From positions 62,001-126,000 of the forward strand of contig CBFFRP010000134.1 in the NCBI GenBank assembly GCA_965644295.1: a stretch of DNA of 64,000 bases. The letters are read 5' to 3'. The position numbers and the translations under genes were made by a program. Each line of letters opens with the position of its first letter. The stretch's first letter is position 1. Shown one piece after another: positions 61,365 through 64,000 of the stretch. The notes under the pieces were generated by a model. The model searched no databases. It was given only the letters and a program-made list of their open reading frames with translations, and was not told the DNA's origin. The DNA comes from Paraphysomonas bandaiensis. Lineage: Eukaryota; Protista; Chrysophyceae.

Positions 61365-61917
61365 GATTAAAGTCTCTGGTTTATGAAGATGAGAGTGGCA
61401 TGTGTTTGTTTATGTAAGTGCCCACCTATCTATGTATGTATGTATGAGGATGAAGCCCGAGAGAGATACATGCATACGCTGTACACACTCGTATCGGCAT
61501 CTAATATGAGACAATAATTATCTGTATTCCAGCTGTAGTTGTATTACAATAATATAGAGGATTTTTGCTTCAATTTATTTCCGAAAATATGATGCATACG
61601 CTTCTGTACACAGTGTACACATACATAAACATGGCGCCTTTCTTTCTTCTTCATGCATATGCAGATCTTAGAATTTCATAGTTACAAAACCAGAATTTTT
61701 CCTAACTTTACTTGTTTTTATGAGTATTATTCACTGAATATCGGGATATATTGATATTTATACTTCAAAAATAATCATGGTATACAGCCGTATACTATAT
61801 ATGATGCTCGTGACTACAGCTCACAGTTACAGTCGTGTATGTGGTATGTGGACAAGTGCCTCTTATTGCTCAATGGATGCAACAACTCCTTAGAACAAGT
61901 GCATTCTATCAATCCTG

Positions 61918-62857
61918 ATGTATAACCTAGAAAACAGCTTTTGCAATCCTTTGTTTAAACTACAAAAGACCTCTAAGTTCTGCAGTGTTGAGGTCATATC
62001 TCTGCAAGATGCGGCTATTAATGTATTGAAAACATCTGACTTAATTCAAAAGGCAAACTTAACATTAAAACTAGTTAGTTTGTATGAATCGAAAGAAATA
62101 ACTGCAATTTGCACGTGTAGTACATCTAATGGCGATATTCCGCAGAAACCACATAGAAATGTTGCAACTGCTAAGTCACATGCAAGCACCAAGAACACAT
62201 TGGTGACAACTATACATGGAATTGCTCACGCCGAAAGCTACGCGATAGATCTTTTTTGGGATGTTATTGCTCGATTTACCACCAATGATATGCCGAGAGA
62301 GTTTTATGATGATATGGTTCATATTGCAGGACAAGAGGCCCAACACTTTCTAGCATGGTATCATAGGCTAGAGGAGCTTGAGTGTCCATACGGTTCATTA
62401 TGGACACATGAGGGGCTATGGAAGAGTGCAGAACAAACTTCTCACTGGTAATTTAAAGTTAATATTGTATGTTTTAATAATTAGTCTGTTTTGTTGCAGT
62501 TTGATGGATCGCCTTGCCATTATAAATCTGCTTCATGAAGCTCGTGGACTCGACACATACCCTCTTTCACTAAAGAAGTTCAATCAGAATAACGATCAGC
62601 GCAGTATATCTATATTGAACAATAATTTTGAAGAGGAAATTTTTCATGTCTCTTGTGGGTTAAAATGGTTTAAGTATCTGTACAAACGGGAAAATGGCGT
62701 GGTCACTGATGACGAGTGTAAGTCAGGTTTCCATCGAATAGTTAGACACTATCATGTAGGGGACTTAAAAGGTCCATTTAACGAGGTTGCAAGGAATCGC
62801 GCCGGTATGACGAATGACTGGTATTTACCTCTAACTAGTCCAACTTCTACGATTTAA
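61918..62857 (+). CDS. DUF455 ferritin-like di-iron protein, 2 exons
   Basis: Motifs HGIAHAESYAIDLFWD, EAQHF, YGSL..HEGLW, EARGLD, EEIFHV..G.KWF and LKGPFN..AR..AG. Confidence 0.88.
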
Positions 62858-63201
62858 GCAATGGGCAGATACGTTTATGTCCTATATTTCATATTTCATA
62901 GTGTACGGAATGATTGGAAAGTGTGAACTACTCTATTATTTTGAGTTACATTCTAGCTGTTTACTGTCAATAGATGATATTTAATGTAACTATACACGTT
63001 GCCGTACTATGCCTAGTACAGTTGGGGGACGCATTGTATGATAGAGCCGTGTTCTATGTACTATGACATATACTGCAGTCTATAATCTATAACACTGTAC
63101 AACGTATAGCTACTATATGTAACAAAGATTCTAAATTATCGTACCTGTTCATAGTACAGATGCATAAATGTATTTTAGTAATACACACTGTATCAGTGAA
63201 T

Positions 63202-63330
63202 AGTCAGATGCTATATATCCGAAGCCCTCAATGCTTGGAGACCAATCAAACGCAGTGAGGTCAAGCAGTAGGATATTAGAGTTAAGCACTGGTTAGTTAA
63301 ACTACAATGGCTTAGTAACTCAACACTATA
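63202..63330 (+). mobile_element. Very short 5'-truncated retro-insertion (related 3' tail)
   Basis: 13-bp direct repeat TGTATCAGTGAAT at 63189-63201 and 63331-63343. The internal AGTAGGATATTAGAGTTAAGCACT.GTTAGTT is shared with family tails. Confidence 0.6.
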
Positions 63331-63748
63331 TGTATCAGTGAATGCTGGTGATTTATTTGATTGATGTTCATAATAGGTTTACGACAAATAATACGTATCA
63401 TTAATTTATGTACTCCAGTTTTCAACTGCTGTATTCTTCAAGTAACGGTCATAATTCTAATACCTTTCACTACAGATAAGCAAAACAAAAGACAAGTAAA
63501 ACCTTCCGAAGTATATTATCACAACAGGACTACATCATGAACACAACTGCACTGTGCACAATTACTTACTACATATATGGGCTCACATGCGACAATGCAA
63601 GTCAAACAGACTTATACCCTCGCTCCCTACTGTCACCACAACACCAATCACCACATCTACAACGTGCTACAGAATACCATTGTCATAGCAGAACAATGAC
63701 ATCCAGTGTATACCAAGTAAGAGATCGGTGCACATCAAAATATAAAGT

Positions 63749-64000
63749 TTATTTTCCAGGCTGCCGAAACAGTGTGGATCTTGTGTACATAGCCTTCGGA
63801 GGGCTGCTAGGAGCCCACGCTCGTCTATCTTTCATTTTCTCGTCTATCCTGTAGAAAAATATTACTTATCAAATCCACAATGCAATTTAGAATAAGTTCG
63901 ATGTGTAATAATTTGCTCACCAAAATATACTTACATATCTCCTTGTTGAACCATAGGAAGTAAACGAGTGGAGAGCATTGCTGTACGAATCTTCTTCTCA
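63749..64000 (-). CDS. 3' end of an unidentified protein gene (runs off window)
   Basis: Two exons joined by a GTAAGT...CTACAG intron give EKKIRTAMLSTRLLPMVQQGDMIDEKMKDRRAWAPSSPPKAMYTRSTLFRQPGK*. Confidence 0.6.

Noticed and set aside
906-62857. Possible stop-codon reassignment (many genes look broken in the ORF track)
   Set aside because: Nearly all breaks resolve with short GT-AG or GC-AG introns, and genes end in TAA, TAG and TGA. Only two junctions in the YEATS gene remain ambiguous.
63749-64000. Resemblance of the partial C-terminus to CFAP96/C4orf47
   Set aside because: Too short to name with confidence.

Overview
This is a gene-dense eukaryotic protist window, probably stramenopile-like (inferred from gene content, not established). 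It uses the standard genetic code and mostly ~45-60 nt GT-AG introns. It holds 17 protein genes, mostly alternating in orientation: Hsp110 (partial), a KH protein, a SET methyltransferase, THOC2, EVG1/UPF0193, a Kelch/FN3 protein, CNOT9/RCD1, a Tctex dynein light chain, an ENTH protein, an intronless kelch-type outer-arm dynein heavy chain, a YEATS/amidoligase-like fusion, VPS36, an ARM-repeat protein, organellar RF2, a secreted GH32, DUF455 and one partial gene. Head-to-head promoters are rich in (TACA)n/(TATG)n, and tail-to-tail gaps hold mobile DNA. The main finding is a non-autonomous retroelement family of about 0.4-0.6 kb with at least 6 copies plus fragments, several with target-site duplications (TSDs). 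Its 5' end folds into a candidate HDV-like ribozyme resembling the trypanosomatid L1Tc/ingi signature. Its 3' tail is shared with fragments of an RNase H-encoding LINE in the same window, which suggests a ribozyme-capped SINE/LINE pair. Also present are a hAT element with an 8-bp TSD, a Kolobok-like MITE and a TA-flanked MITE. Exon boundaries and RNA folds were read by eye, and no database searches were run.
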